DNA from: an uncultured Acidobacteriota bacterium
Lineage (GTDB): Bacteria > Acidobacteriota > UBA6911
Length of the DNA stretch: 64,000 nucleotides
Direction of reading: 5' to 3'
Assembly: GCA_963843575.1 (NCBI GenBank)
Contig: CAWJKZ010000024.1
Span: 256,001 to 320,000, forward strand
The position numbers were made by a program, and so were the translations under genes. Positions 47,774 to 57,032 of the stretch are shown piece after piece. Below the pieces are notes generated by a model. It was not told the DNA's origin. It made no database searches and worked only from the letters and a program-made list of their open reading frames with translations. Every line of letters begins with the position of its first letter. The first letter of the stretch is position 1.

Positions 47774-49813
47774 ATGAAAATGAGAACGACGGGAAACCGA
47801 ATGCGCGCGTTGCTGCTGGGGGCTCTCCTGAGCGCCACCGCTGCCGGAGTCGGCGCGCAAACCAGGAGGCCGGCACCGCCGCTTCCGCAGATCGACGTCG
47901 AGAATTACACGCTGCAGGCCAACCTGACGCCGGAATCCCACGAACTGAAGGCCGTGGCGGGGATCACCTTCAGGGCCCTCGAGCCCACCGACTCCGTCGT
48001 CTTCGAGCTCAGCGAAAACCTCTCGGTCCAGAAGGTGGTTGACCCGGCGGGCGTCGAAATCGATTTCGGACAGGACGAAACCGGACCGGGGCTGCTGAGC
48101 GTCCACTTCGCGCACCGGCTCGAAAAGGGGAGCACCTACACCATCAAGGTCGAGTACACCGGGGGTTTCGACCGGGACCGGTACAGCCGGATGTACTCGC
48201 GCGACGAGGGCAGCGCCTACATCGGGCCGGAAGGCGTCTACCTCCTCTACGGGTCAAAGTGGTTCCCGACCAACAAGTTCCTCACCGACCGGGCGACCTC
48301 TACCGTGGAGATCACGGTACCCCTCGGGATGACGGCGGTGGGGGCCGGGACCCAACTGCCGGTCGTCACGAAAGCGGTCACCGAAACATTCGGCTGGGCG
48401 GCCAAGCGGCCGATACTGCCGAACTCGATCGTCGCGGGACGCTACTTCGAGAAGAAGATCCCCGAAGGCAACTTCACGCTCGATTGTTTCGTGCGCGAGG
48501 ACAAGCTGCAGTCGGTCAAACCGACGGCCGACGCGGTGGCCAAGATCCTGGACTACTACCAGAAACTGTTCGGCGCGTCGGCGTCGGGCACAACCTTCCG
48601 CCTCGTCGAGGTCGACGACCGCCTGGCGCTCCAGCCGGGGACGCTCGGTACCATCTTCATCACGCACCGCGACCTCTCGCAGCCGGCACCCCAGCTGCGC
48701 GAGCTGGCGCGGCGCGTCGCCTACCAGTGGTGGATGGATACGGTGGGGGCGCAGAGCGCCGAGGATTTCTGGCTCGTGGACGGGCTGGCCTACTACTCGG
48801 CGGCCATGTACCTCGGTCAGAGCGGCGGGCCCGCCGCCATGAAGGAGGAGATCGACAACCTCGCCGTCCTGGGGCTGAAGTTCGAAGGTAAGAGCGCCAT
48901 CCGGACGGCCGCCAGCCTCGGCTACCGCACCGAGCCGTACGAGTCCGTCGTTGCCGGCAAGGGGGCCTGGGTCGTCCACATGCTGCACGAGCTGATCGGG
49001 GATGCGAAGTTTCGGCAGCTGATGCAGCAGTACGTGCAGCAGTATGCCGGCAAGGGCGGCTCGACCGGTGGATTCCGGCAGCTCGCGGAAAAGGTCTACG
49101 GCAAGGAGCTGAACTGGTTTTTCACGCAGTGGATCGACACCATCGGCGTCCCCGAATTCCAGACGGATTTCGTCGTGTTCAAGACCACGAGCGGATTCCG
49201 GGTCTCCGGCAGCGTGAAGCAGGACCGCGACCTGTTCCGCATGCCGCTCGAGATCGAGGTGATCACAAAGGGGAAGGCCGAGCGCAGCTCCATCGAACTC
49301 AACGGCAAGTCCACGACCTTCGACATCAACACCTTCACGCTCCCCAAGCAGGTGGTGCTCGACCCCGACAACAAGATCCTGCGCGACTCCAGGGAGCTGC
49401 AGATCAGCGTGCAGCTGTCGCTCGGCAACGACATGAAGGAGCGCGGCGAGTTTGTCGAAGCGATACGTGCTTACGAAAACGCGCTGAAGCTGAATTCCCA
49501 CCGCTCGATCGCCCACTTCCGCCTCGCCGAGGTTTTTTACGAGCAGTTCAACCTTCAGGCCGCGGCGAACTCCTTCCGCGACGCCCTGAACGGCGACAAG
49601 GATCCCGCCTGGATCGAGGTCTGGTCTTACATCTACCTCGGCAAGATTTACGACATTCTCGGGCAGCGCCAGCGGGCCATGGCGGAGTACAATAAGGCGA
49701 TCAACACCAAAGACGACACGGACGGGGCCCAGGCCGAGGCCAAAAAATGGCTGGCCGCACCGTTCACACGCGAGCGCACGACGATGGATACCAAGGACTC
49801 GAAGCAGCCGTGA
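47774..49813 (+). CDS. M1 aminopeptidase-fold protein with C-terminal TPRs; catalytic motifs degenerate
   Basis: Signal peptide; WFP; ARRVAYQWW...WLVDGLA; KGAWVVHML; LNWFFTQW; LDPD; TPR repeats. Confidence 0.85.
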   Translation: MKMRTTGNRMRALLLGALLSATAAGVGAQTRRPAPPLPQIDVENYTLQANLTPESHELKAVAGITFRALEPTDSVVFELSENLSVQKVVDPAGVEIDFGQDETGPGLLSVHFAHRLEKGSTYTIKVEYTGGFDRDRYSRMYSRDEGSAYIGPEGVYLLYGSKWFPTNKFLTDRATSTVEITVPLGMTAVGAGTQLPVVTKAVTETFGWAAKRPILPNSIVAGRYFEKKIPEGNFTLDCFVREDKLQSVKPTADAVAKILDYYQKLFGASASGTTFRLVEVDDRLALQPGTLGTIFITHRDLSQPAPQLRELARRVAYQWWMDTVGAQSAEDFWLVDGLAYYSAAMYLGQSGGPAAMKEEIDNLAVLGLKFEGKSAIRTAASLGYRTEPYESVVAGKGAWVVHMLHELIGDAKFRQLMQQYVQQYAGKGGSTGGFRQLAEKVYGKELNWFFTQWIDTIGVPEFQTDFVVFKTTSGFRVSGSVKQDRDLFRMPLEIEVITKGKAERSSIELNGKSTTFDINTFTLPKQVVLDPDNKILRDSRELQISVQLSLGNDMKERGEFVEAIRAYENALKLNSHRSIAHFRLAEVFYEQFNLQAAANSFRDALNGDKDPAWIEVWSYIYLGKIYDILGQRQRAMAEYNKAINTKDDTDGAQAEAKKWLAAPFTRERTTMDTKDSKQP

Positions 49814-50361
49814 CCGAGCGGATCTACGCCTGGGAGAAATTCGCTCAGAAGATCCGGGTGCCCGCGGGCACCCTGCTGGGCGTTATTTTCCTCTGCTTCA
49901 TGCACCCGTCCGAGCGTTCCATCTGGATCGGGTGCGGCGTCGCGCTGGCCGGAGGACTTCTCCGGCTGTGGGCGGCCGGCCACATCGACAAGGGGAAGGT
50001 CCTCGCGCGCAGCGGTCCTTACGCGTTGACGCGCAATCCCCTCTATCTCGGGTCGTTTCTCATGGGGACCGGCATCCTGCTTGCCGGCCAGGGGTATTGG
50101 CTGCTCCTGCCGTTCGCCTTTTTTTTCATCGCACTCTACTTCCCCGTTATGAGGGCCGAGGAGAAGGAACTGCTCCAGGGGCACGGGGAGGAGTTCCGGG
50201 ACTACGCCCGGAGCGTTCCCTTGTTCTTCCCGTCTTTCCGCCGCCAGAAGGTCGCCACCTCGTCCTTCCTGTGGTCGCGCGTCCTGAGGAATCGTGAACA
50301 CCGGACCCTCGCCGTCCTCATCCTGACCGAGGCACTCCTGGCCTTCCTGGTCTGGCGCTGA
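49810..50361 (+). CDS. ICMT/PEMT-family membrane methyltransferase
   Basis: LRLWAAGHI.K...GPYALTRNPLYLG, EE..L, Y..SVPLFFP; GTGA overlap. Confidence 0.88.
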   Translation: MTERIYAWEKFAQKIRVPAGTLLGVIFLCFMHPSERSIWIGCGVALAGGLLRLWAAGHIDKGKVLARSGPYALTRNPLYLGSFLMGTGILLAGQGYWLLLPFAFFFIALYFPVMRAEEKELLQGHGEEFRDYARSVPLFFPSFRRQKVATSSFLWSRVLRNREHRTLAVLILTEALLAFLVWR

Positions 50362-50363
50362 TC

Positions 50364-50460
50364 TGGAGTGCGGCGCCTGGGCGCCGGGATACGGTATTTG
50401 GCGGCGGCGTCGAGGCGCCTTCACAAAAGCGGCGCCTCGGCGTCATCCCCAGACTCCCAA
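50364..50460. repeat. REP family 2 inverted pair (degenerate)
   Basis: TGGAGTGCGGCGCCTGGGCGCCG ... AAAGCGGCGCCTCGGCGTC...ACTCCCA. Confidence 0.6.
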
Positions 50461-50509
50461 CAAAAAAGTGTTGTGCGCCACAGGGGAAGCGACTATTAAT
50501 CACGTTGCC

Positions 50510-51557
50510 ATGCCCTATACCGTTGCAGAACTGGGGTTCCGCCTGGGCTTGCCGTTCCAGGGGGACGGAAGCCGTCTGATCACTCGTGTCGGCAGCTGGG
50601 AGTCTGTCGATGACGGCTGCCTCGTTTTTCTCGATCGCGGTTCGAAGATCGCCGCGGCCGCGTGCCGTGCGCCGGCGTGTCTCGTGGCGCCGCCCGACCT
50701 GGTTCCCTCCGGGTGGACGGCGTTGCTGTCCGAGCGTCCGAAGCTCGATTTCGCGCGGGCTTACGCCCTGCTTTCGCCGCGTCCGCGCGGCACGGGCGCG
50801 CGGCACCCCTCGTGCCTGGTGGCGCCCGACGCAGCGGTGGCGGAGGACGTCGACATCGGCCCATATGCAGTCGTCGGGGCCGGCGCGCGGATCGGGCCGG
50901 GGTGTGTGCTCCACGCCGGGGTTGTCGTCGGCGAAGGGTGCGAACTCGGCGCCGGAATGCCTGCTGTTCCCGCGCGTGGTCCTCTACCCGGGCGTGAGGC
51001 TCGGTGCGCGTGTCACGCTTCACGCGGGGGTCGTGGTGGGCAGCGACGGGTTCGGGTATGTGTTCGACGGCCAGGTCCAGGTCAAGTTCCCGCAGATCGG
51101 CGCGGTCACGATCGAAGACGACGTCGAGATCGGTTCCAACACCACCATCGACCGCGGATCGCTCGGTACCACCAGGATCGGGCGGGAGCCAAGATCGACA
51201 ACCTGGTGCAGATCGCGCACAACGTCGAGATCGGCCGCGGGGTCGTCATCGCCGCCCAGACGGGCATCTCGGGGAGCACCGTCCTCGGAGGACTTCGCCG
51301 TGATCGGCGGTCAGGTCGGTTTCGGCGACCACGCCCGCGTCGAGTCGGGCGCGGTGATCGGCTCCAAGGCCGGGGTCCTCCCGGGCAAGATCGTGCGCGG
51401 CGGCGAAGTCTACTGGGGCGTGCCGGTGCGGCCCCTGAGAGAGTACAAGCGTCTGAACGCACTGTTTGGGCGCCTGCCCGAGATCAAGCAGCAGCTCGAC
51501 GACCTGAAAGAGACCGTGGGGCGTCTCGAAGAGGCGCTCCGGAGCAAACAGGGGTGA
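50510..51557 (+). CDS. lpxD: UDP-3-O-acylglucosamine N-acyltransferase (indels)
   Basis: Hexapeptide repeats, [48 protein letters not shown]. Confidence 0.93.
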
Positions 51558-52586
51558 GCAGAGCCCTGCCCGATGTGATGATCCGTGTAGAGAACCTCCG
51601 CAAGGACTTCCGGGTGTTCAGGCACCGCGAAGGGGTCTGGGGTGCGATCCGGGACCTCTTCCAGCGGGAGTACCGGACGCTCGCCGCCGTCGACGGCATC
51701 AACCTGTCGATGAGCGAGGGCGAATTTGTCGGCTATATCGGGCCCAACGGCGCAGGCAAATCCACCACCATCAAGATGCTGACGGGCATCCTCGTGCCCT
51801 ACGTCCGGCGAAATCGTCGCCAACGGCTTCCGGCCCTACCAGGACAGAACCCGCTACACGAAGACCATCGGGGTCGTGTTCGGCCAGCGCACCCAGCTGT
51901 GGTGGGACATCGCGGTGATCGAGAGTTTCAAGTTGTTGCGGCGGATCTACGACGTGAGCCAGCGCGATTTCGAGGAGCGTCTCGGCGTGTTCCGCCTCAT
52001 GCTGGGGTTGGACGAATTCCTCCACGTGCCGGTGCGCAAGCTCAGCCTCGGGCAGCGGATGCGCTGCGACATCGCCGCCGCCCTGCTGCACAACCCGCGC
52101 ATTCTCTTCCTGGACGAGCCCACGATCGGGCTGGACGTCGTCGCCAAGGACCGGATCCGGGAATTCCTCAAGAAGATCAACCGCGAGCTCAAGACGACGA
52201 TCCTGCTGACCACGCACGACCTGTCGGACATCGAGGAACTCTGCCGCCGCATCGTCATCATCGACCGCGGGCGCATTATTTACGACGGCACCCTCGACGC
52301 CTTGCGGCAGAAGCTCGGGCGCATCAACATCCTCAACGTGCACCTGCGGGACGGCGCGTACGCCTCGCGCCTGGACGGTGCCCTGGCCGCTGGCAACGGG
52401 TTGCACTGGGAGCGGCTGGAGGACCTGGCCTACAGGATCCGATTCGACCGGGACGAGGTCTCCTCGGCCGACATCATCCGGCGCATCGTCAACGAGGTGC
52501 CCGTGCGCGACCTGTACGTCGAGCCGCAGCCGGTCGAGGAAATCATCAAGAACATCTACAGCCGCGGGGTCGATTCGGGGGAATAG
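51554..52586 (+). CDS. ABC transporter ATP-binding protein (indel near 51800)
   Basis: [39 protein letters not shown]. Confidence 0.93.
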
Positions 52587-53390
52587 ATGCTTGCCGCCGT
52601 CCCGGTCTATTTCGAGTTCGCCAGGGTGGCGTTCCTGAAGATCCTCGCCTACCGGCTCCGGTACTTCACCGGTATTCTCACGTATTTCATCAACGTCTCC
52701 GTCTACTACTTCATCTGGAAGGCCGTCTATTCCGGGAGCGGAACGGTCGCCGGGTACGACCTCCCGCAGATGGTCACGTACGTGGGGGTGGGCTGGATCA
52801 CGCGTTCCTTCTATTTCAACAACGTCGATCGGGACATGGCAGCCGAGGTCATGGAGGGGAAGATATCGATCAACCTGATCAAACCCGTCGACACCCAGCT
52901 GATGTACATCGCCCAGACCGCGGGCGAAGCCTGTTTCCGGGCGGTGCTCTTCACCCTGCCGATCACCATCGTGCTGTTCGCCGTCTACCCGCTGCGGCCT
53001 CCCGCCTCCGCTTTCGCCGCGGCGGCGTACGTGTGCAGCTGCCTGATGTCGCTCCTGATATTCACTTCCATGAACTTCATGGTCGGGACGCTCGCGCTGC
53101 ACATCCAGTCGATCCTCGGGGTCATCCGCGCGAAATTTTTCGTCGTGGAGTTCCTGTCGGGTTTGCTGGTGCCGCTCGGGTTTTTCCCGGAAGGGATCCG
53201 GCGGGTCCTGGTGTATCTGCCTTTCCCCTACGTGAGTTTCACTCCGCTGGAGATCTATCTGGGGCGCAGCCGCGGTCCGGCGGCCGTGGAGGCGATCGCG
53301 ATACAGGCGCTGTGGGTTGCGGCGCTCTATGGCGCGGGCAGGGCGTTCTGGAAATTCTCCACGCGCCGGCTGTCCATCCAGGGAGGCTGA
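52587..53390 (+). CDS. ABC-2 family (DUF990-type) permease
   Basis: Six-TM pattern, G.I...LIKP, FLSG.LVPL..FP, C-terminal IQGG. Confidence 0.9.
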   Translation: MLAAVPVYFEFARVAFLKILAYRLRYFTGILTYFINVSVYYFIWKAVYSGSGTVAGYDLPQMVTYVGVGWITRSFYFNNVDRDMAAEVMEGKISINLIKPVDTQLMYIAQTAGEACFRAVLFTLPITIVLFAVYPLRPPASAFAAAAYVCSCLMSLLIFTSMNFMVGTLALHIQSILGVIRAKFFVVEFLSGLLVPLGFFPEGIRRVLVYLPFPYVSFTPLEIYLGRSRGPAAVEAIAIQALWVAALYGAGRAFWKFSTRRLSIQGG

Positions 53391-53393
53391 AAC

Positions 53394-53432
53394 AAGTGGG
53401 TCCGGGCTTCAGCCCGGACGTCTTTTGATCTG
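53394..53432. repeat. REPIN family 1, copy E (single REP plus spacer start)
   Basis: AAGTGGGTCCGGGCTTCAGCCCGGACGTCTTTTGATCTG, identical to the first 39 bp of copy F. Confidence 0.88.
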
Positions 53433-53473
53433 GTGCTTGAGGAGATAAAGCGCCGTACCGTGGGAGTACCGGA

Positions 53474-54265
53474 ATGAGGAAGACTATCATTCTATTCTGG
53501 CTCTACTTCGGGCAGTACGCGAAGACGCGCATGGCCTACAAGGCCGACTTCTTCATTTCGCTTGCGGCCAGCATTCTCGCCACGGTGGCAGGCTACGGCT
53601 TTGTGCTGGTGCTCTTCACCCGCGCGCCCCACCTGAAGGGGTGGAGCTTCGACGAGGTCCTGTTCATATATGGTTTCTCGCTGGTCCCGATGGGCCTCTA
53701 CAACGTGGTCAGCCAGAACCTCTACGAGTTCGGCGACGCCTACATTGTCGAGGGGAGGTTCGACCGCGTTCTGCTGCGCCCGGTACACTCCCTTTTCCAG
53801 ATCCTGTTCGAGAGCTTCAGGCTCGAGTCGGTGCAGGAGATCGTCACCGGGACGGTCGTGGTCGCTTACTGCGCCGTGCGGCTGCGGCTCGATTGGAGCC
53901 CGGTCAATGTCGTGCTGTTCCCGGGGCTTGTGCTGTGCGGGGCCGTGATCTACCTTTCGGTCTTCGTGATCCTCTCGAGCGTGAACTTCTGGTTCGAAGA
54001 CCGGATCGGCATTTCCCCCCCTGTGTACAACATGATCACGTTCGGGCGCTACCCGATCACCATCTACAACGTCTTCGTGCAGTTCCTGCTGAACTGGATC
54101 ATCCCGTTCGCATTTGCCTCGTTCTATCCGACCGTGCGCTATCTCGGCCGCACCGAGTTCCGCCGGGAGTTCTACCTGATCCCGCTGGTCGCTTCCGCCA
54201 TGCTCGCCCTGGCGCTCCTGGTGTGGGAACGCGGCGTGCGACAATACAAGAGTACGGGAAGCTGA
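53474..54265 (+). CDS. ABC-2 family (DUF990-type) permease
   Basis: GWSFDE, G.FDRVLLRP, YPITIY, IPFAF..FYP, C-terminal YKSTGS. Confidence 0.9.
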   Translation: MRKTIILFWLYFGQYAKTRMAYKADFFISLAASILATVAGYGFVLVLFTRAPHLKGWSFDEVLFIYGFSLVPMGLYNVVSQNLYEFGDAYIVEGRFDRVLLRPVHSLFQILFESFRLESVQEIVTGTVVVAYCAVRLRLDWSPVNVVLFPGLVLCGAVIYLSVFVILSSVNFWFEDRIGISPPVYNMITFGRYPITIYNVFVQFLLNWIIPFAFASFYPTVRYLGRTEFRREFYLIPLVASAMLALALLVWERGVRQYKSTGS

Positions 54266-54269
54266 GGCT

Positions 54270-55001
54270 ATGGGCGAAACTGGCGACATTTGGCCGAACC
54301 TGTCCTGGATCTGTCGGGCGGCGCTGCGGGCGCAGTACCCGCACCACCCGCAGTTCCGCGACGCGGAGATCACGGCGTCCTTTTACCCGTACGTCGGCCT
54401 GACCCACACGATCCGCAAGCGCGAGGGGGCCTGGGTCATCCGGATCAGCGACATCTGCAGGAAAGCCCCGCGGGCGGTGCTCGAGGCGATCGCGGTGATC
54501 CTGGGGGCGAAGATACTCAGGCGCAGGCCGCCGCGCGAAATGATCCGGGTGTACGGTCAGTTCCGCCGGGAACCGGTGATCGAAGAGCTGTTGAGCGCGC
54601 GCCTGAAGCAGCGCGGACGCAAGATCATGAAGCCCGGCGGCCGCCACCATCAGCTGGGCGATATCCTGGCCGAGGTGAACAGGGTCTGGTTCGGGAACCG
54701 GGTCGAGATCGAGCGGATCGGCTGGAGTGCGCGCCGCAGCTGGGGACGGATCGGCCACTACGATCCGGTGCACCACTCGGTCACGATCAGCCCCGTGCTC
54801 GACTCGCCGCGGGTGCCGCGCTCGGTTGTGGCGTTCCTGGTGTACCACGAACTGCTCCACAGCCTTCACTATAGCCGCGGGCGCGCCGGCAAGCGACGGC
54901 ACCACCCCCCGGAATTCCGCGCTGCCGAAAAATCGCACCCCGACTACGAGTCCTCGCGACGCTTCATCAGGGATTTCTGCCGCAACCGGGGACGCAGGTG
55001 A
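54270..55001 (+). CDS. SprT/YgjP-like zinc metalloprotease-domain protein
   Basis: N..WF, WS......GHYD, I.IS..LD, VYHELLH, HPPEF. Confidence 0.8.
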   Translation: MGETGDIWPNLSWICRAALRAQYPHHPQFRDAEITASFYPYVGLTHTIRKREGAWVIRISDICRKAPRAVLEAIAVILGAKILRRRPPREMIRVYGQFRREPVIEELLSARLKQRGRKIMKPGGRHHQLGDILAEVNRVWFGNRVEIERIGWSARRSWGRIGHYDPVHHSVTISPVLDSPRVPRSVVAFLVYHELLHSLHYSRGRAGKRRHHPPEFRAAEKSHPDYESSRRFIRDFCRNRGRR

Positions 55002-55003
55002 GT

Positions 55004-55083
55004 GGGCCGGGTCGGCCCGACCCGGCCCTCAGGTTGGTGAATACGATAAAGCGGGGCCGCGGCGAGCCGCCGCGGCCCACTCC
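55004..55083. repeat. REP-like hairpins
   Basis: GGGCCGGGTCG-GCC-CGACCCGGCCC (55004-55028, overlapping a GTGG at 55002-55005) and family-2-like AAAGCGG...CACTCC (55048-55083). Confidence 0.55.
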
Positions 55084-55159
55084 CCGCCGCGGTCCACTTT
55101 GCACGGCGACCCCTGGCGTGATATAAGAACCGATTCATCTCAGTGAGAGGTGCCGTTTT

Positions 55160-55825
55160 ATGAAGTGCGTCAAGTGCGGCGGACGAAAAGGGAAACGGGC
55201 GTGCCCGGCGCTGAAGGCGCTGATCTGTCCGCAGTGCTGCGGGGAAGAGCGTGTCCTGGAGATCGACTGCCCGGAGGAGTGCGGCTACCTGGCCGCAGGG
55301 CGCGCACTGGAATCGGCTCAGGAGCGGAAGCGCCAGTTCGGGGACTCGGATCCCGTGGTCGCGCAGAGCGCCCAACGGATCGTGTCGCAACACCAGTACT
55401 TCCTCTCCGCCGTAGAATACGCCCTGGCCGACGAACGCCGCGCTTCGGCCGACGTCACGGACCGCGACGCGGCCGATGCGCTCGACCTTATCCTCAAGAC
55501 GCTGCGCACCGAGGACAAGGGTATCCTCTACGAGCAAACTTCGTCGGACCTGCGCGTCGAGGGGCTCCGGAGACGGCTGCTCGGCACGGTCGAAGACGCG
55601 CGTCACCCTCAGAAACCGCAAGCTGCCCGGTTTTCGATCGAAAGCCCCCCCGAGCCGCTGCGGCTCGGCGAGGCGATCGAATGCCTTGAGTTCATCCGGG
55701 AGATCGTCGCCCGGCACCTGGAAGACGGAGGGCGCGACCGGAGTTACGTGGACTTCCTGGCCCGCCTGCTGCCGCGGGAGGGCGCGCGCCAGTCCGCCCC
55801 GTCCATCATCATCCCCGGCCGGTGA
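55160..55825 (+). CDS. Hypothetical protein with N-terminal Cys-rich metal-binding cluster
   Basis: CVKC-x8-CP-x5-ICPQCC-x9-CPEEC (8 Cys). Confidence 0.8.
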   Translation: MKCVKCGGRKGKRACPALKALICPQCCGEERVLEIDCPEECGYLAAGRALESAQERKRQFGDSDPVVAQSAQRIVSQHQYFLSAVEYALADERRASADVTDRDAADALDLILKTLRTEDKGILYEQTSSDLRVEGLRRRLLGTVEDARHPQKPQAARFSIESPPEPLRLGEAIECLEFIREIVARHLEDGGRDRSYVDFLARLLPREGARQSAPSIIIPGR

Positions 55826-55831
55826 CCGCCG

Positions 55832-56839
55832 ATGGTTCTGGCCCGCTACAAGTGCGATCCCGGAGTGCTCGTGAAGGCCGTCTCGGCTTTCCGCCGCAAA
55901 CGCATCGTGGTCGTGGGCGACCTCATGCTCGACCGGTTCATCTGGGGCTCCGTCAGCCGCATCAGCCCCGAGGCCCCCGTGCCCGTGGTGGAGATCGTCA
56001 AGGAGTCCATCTGCGTGGGCGGGGCGGCCAATGTCGCCGCCAACATCCGCAGCCTCGGAGCCCTGCCGATCCCCTCGGGCGTGGTCGGGGCGGATTTTGA
56101 AGGGGAGAAGCTCCTTGGGGAATTCCGTAGGCTCGGGGTTCCGGTCGGCGGGATAGTGGTCGACCCGCGCCGCGCGACCAGCGTGAAAACACGGATCATC
56201 GCCCATCACCAGCAGGTCTGCCGCACCGACCGCGAGGACAGGACGCCCGTGACAGCGGCGACCCACGAGCGTGTGATCCGGAGGTTCCGCAAATCCCTGG
56301 CATTGGCCGACGCCGTCGTCATATCGGATTACGCAAAGGGTCTCGTCTCGCCCGTCCTTCTGCGTGAAATCCTCCCGCCCGCGAAGGCAGCCGGCAAGAT
56401 CGTCTGCGTCGACCCCAAGTTGGCCAACCTGGCGGCGTACCGCCCCGCCACCGTGATCACCCCGAACACCCTCGAGGCCGAACGCGCCTCCGGCGTGACG
56501 ATTTCGACACCCGGTACACTCGTCCGGGCGGGGCGCAGGATAGTGCGGCAGACGGGCATCCGCCACGTGCTGATCACGCGGGGCGAACACGGGATGGCGC
56601 TTTTCGAGGGGACATCCGCGGTCAGGCACATTCCCACGGTGGCGCGCGAGGTGTTCGACGTGACGGGGGCGGGCGACACCGTGATCTCTACCCTGGCGCT
56701 CGGCCTCGCCGCCGGTCTGTCCATGCTGGAGTCGGCCATCCTGGCCAACATCGCCGCCGGAATCGTCGTGGGGAAACTCGGCACCGCTTCCGTCACCCCC
56801 GAAGAACTCGTCGCCCGCATCCGCTCCTTCGTGCCCTGA
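55832..56839 (+). CDS. rfaE1: D-glycero-beta-D-manno-heptose-7-phosphate kinase (HldE kinase domain only)
   Basis: GDLMLD, RISPEAPVPV, GGAANVA, SDYAKG, VDPK, TPN, DVTGAGDT, VVGKLGT. Confidence 0.94.
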   Translation: MVLARYKCDPGVLVKAVSAFRRKRIVVVGDLMLDRFIWGSVSRISPEAPVPVVEIVKESICVGGAANVAANIRSLGALPIPSGVVGADFEGEKLLGEFRRLGVPVGGIVVDPRRATSVKTRIIAHHQQVCRTDREDRTPVTAATHERVIRRFRKSLALADAVVISDYAKGLVSPVLLREILPPAKAAGKIVCVDPKLANLAAYRPATVITPNTLEAERASGVTISTPGTLVRAGRRIVRQTGIRHVLITRGEHGMALFEGTSAVRHIPTVAREVFDVTGAGDTVISTLALGLAAGLSMLESAILANIAAGIVVGKLGTASVTPEELVARIRSFVP

Positions 56840-56862
56840 CGCACCCGACCCAAACACAAAAC

Positions 56863-56955
56863 AAGTGGGTCCGGGCTTCAGCCCGGACGTCTTTTGATCT
56901 GAGCGCACGTTATAGCGACCGCAAACAGCGTCCGGGCTGAAGCCCGGACCCACTT
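56863..56955. repeat. REPIN-like inverted REP doublet, family 1, copy F
   Basis: 93 bp; perfect 27-bp terminal inverted repeats AAGTGGGTCCGGGCTTCAGCCCGGACG. Confidence 0.92.
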
Positions 56956-56991
56956 GCTTATTGTGCAGAGAGGTTTGGGTAGGGATCAGGA

Positions 56992-57021
56992 ATGCCGGGT
57001 GGGGCGAACCCCACCCGGCAT
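56992..57021 (-). terminator. Hairpin downstream of the TonB-dependent receptor (likely terminator)
   Basis: 13-bp stem ATGCCGGGTGGGG / CCCCACCCGGCAT with a UUCG loop on the minus strand; weak U tail. Confidence 0.6.
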
Positions 57022-57032
57022 GGTTGAAGAGG

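Noticed and set aside
47540-49813. Apparent LpxB C-terminus fused to the M1-like protein
   Set aside because: Removing one A near 47760 gives ...VSSYL-TAG (47769-47771), followed by ATG and a signal peptide at 47774.
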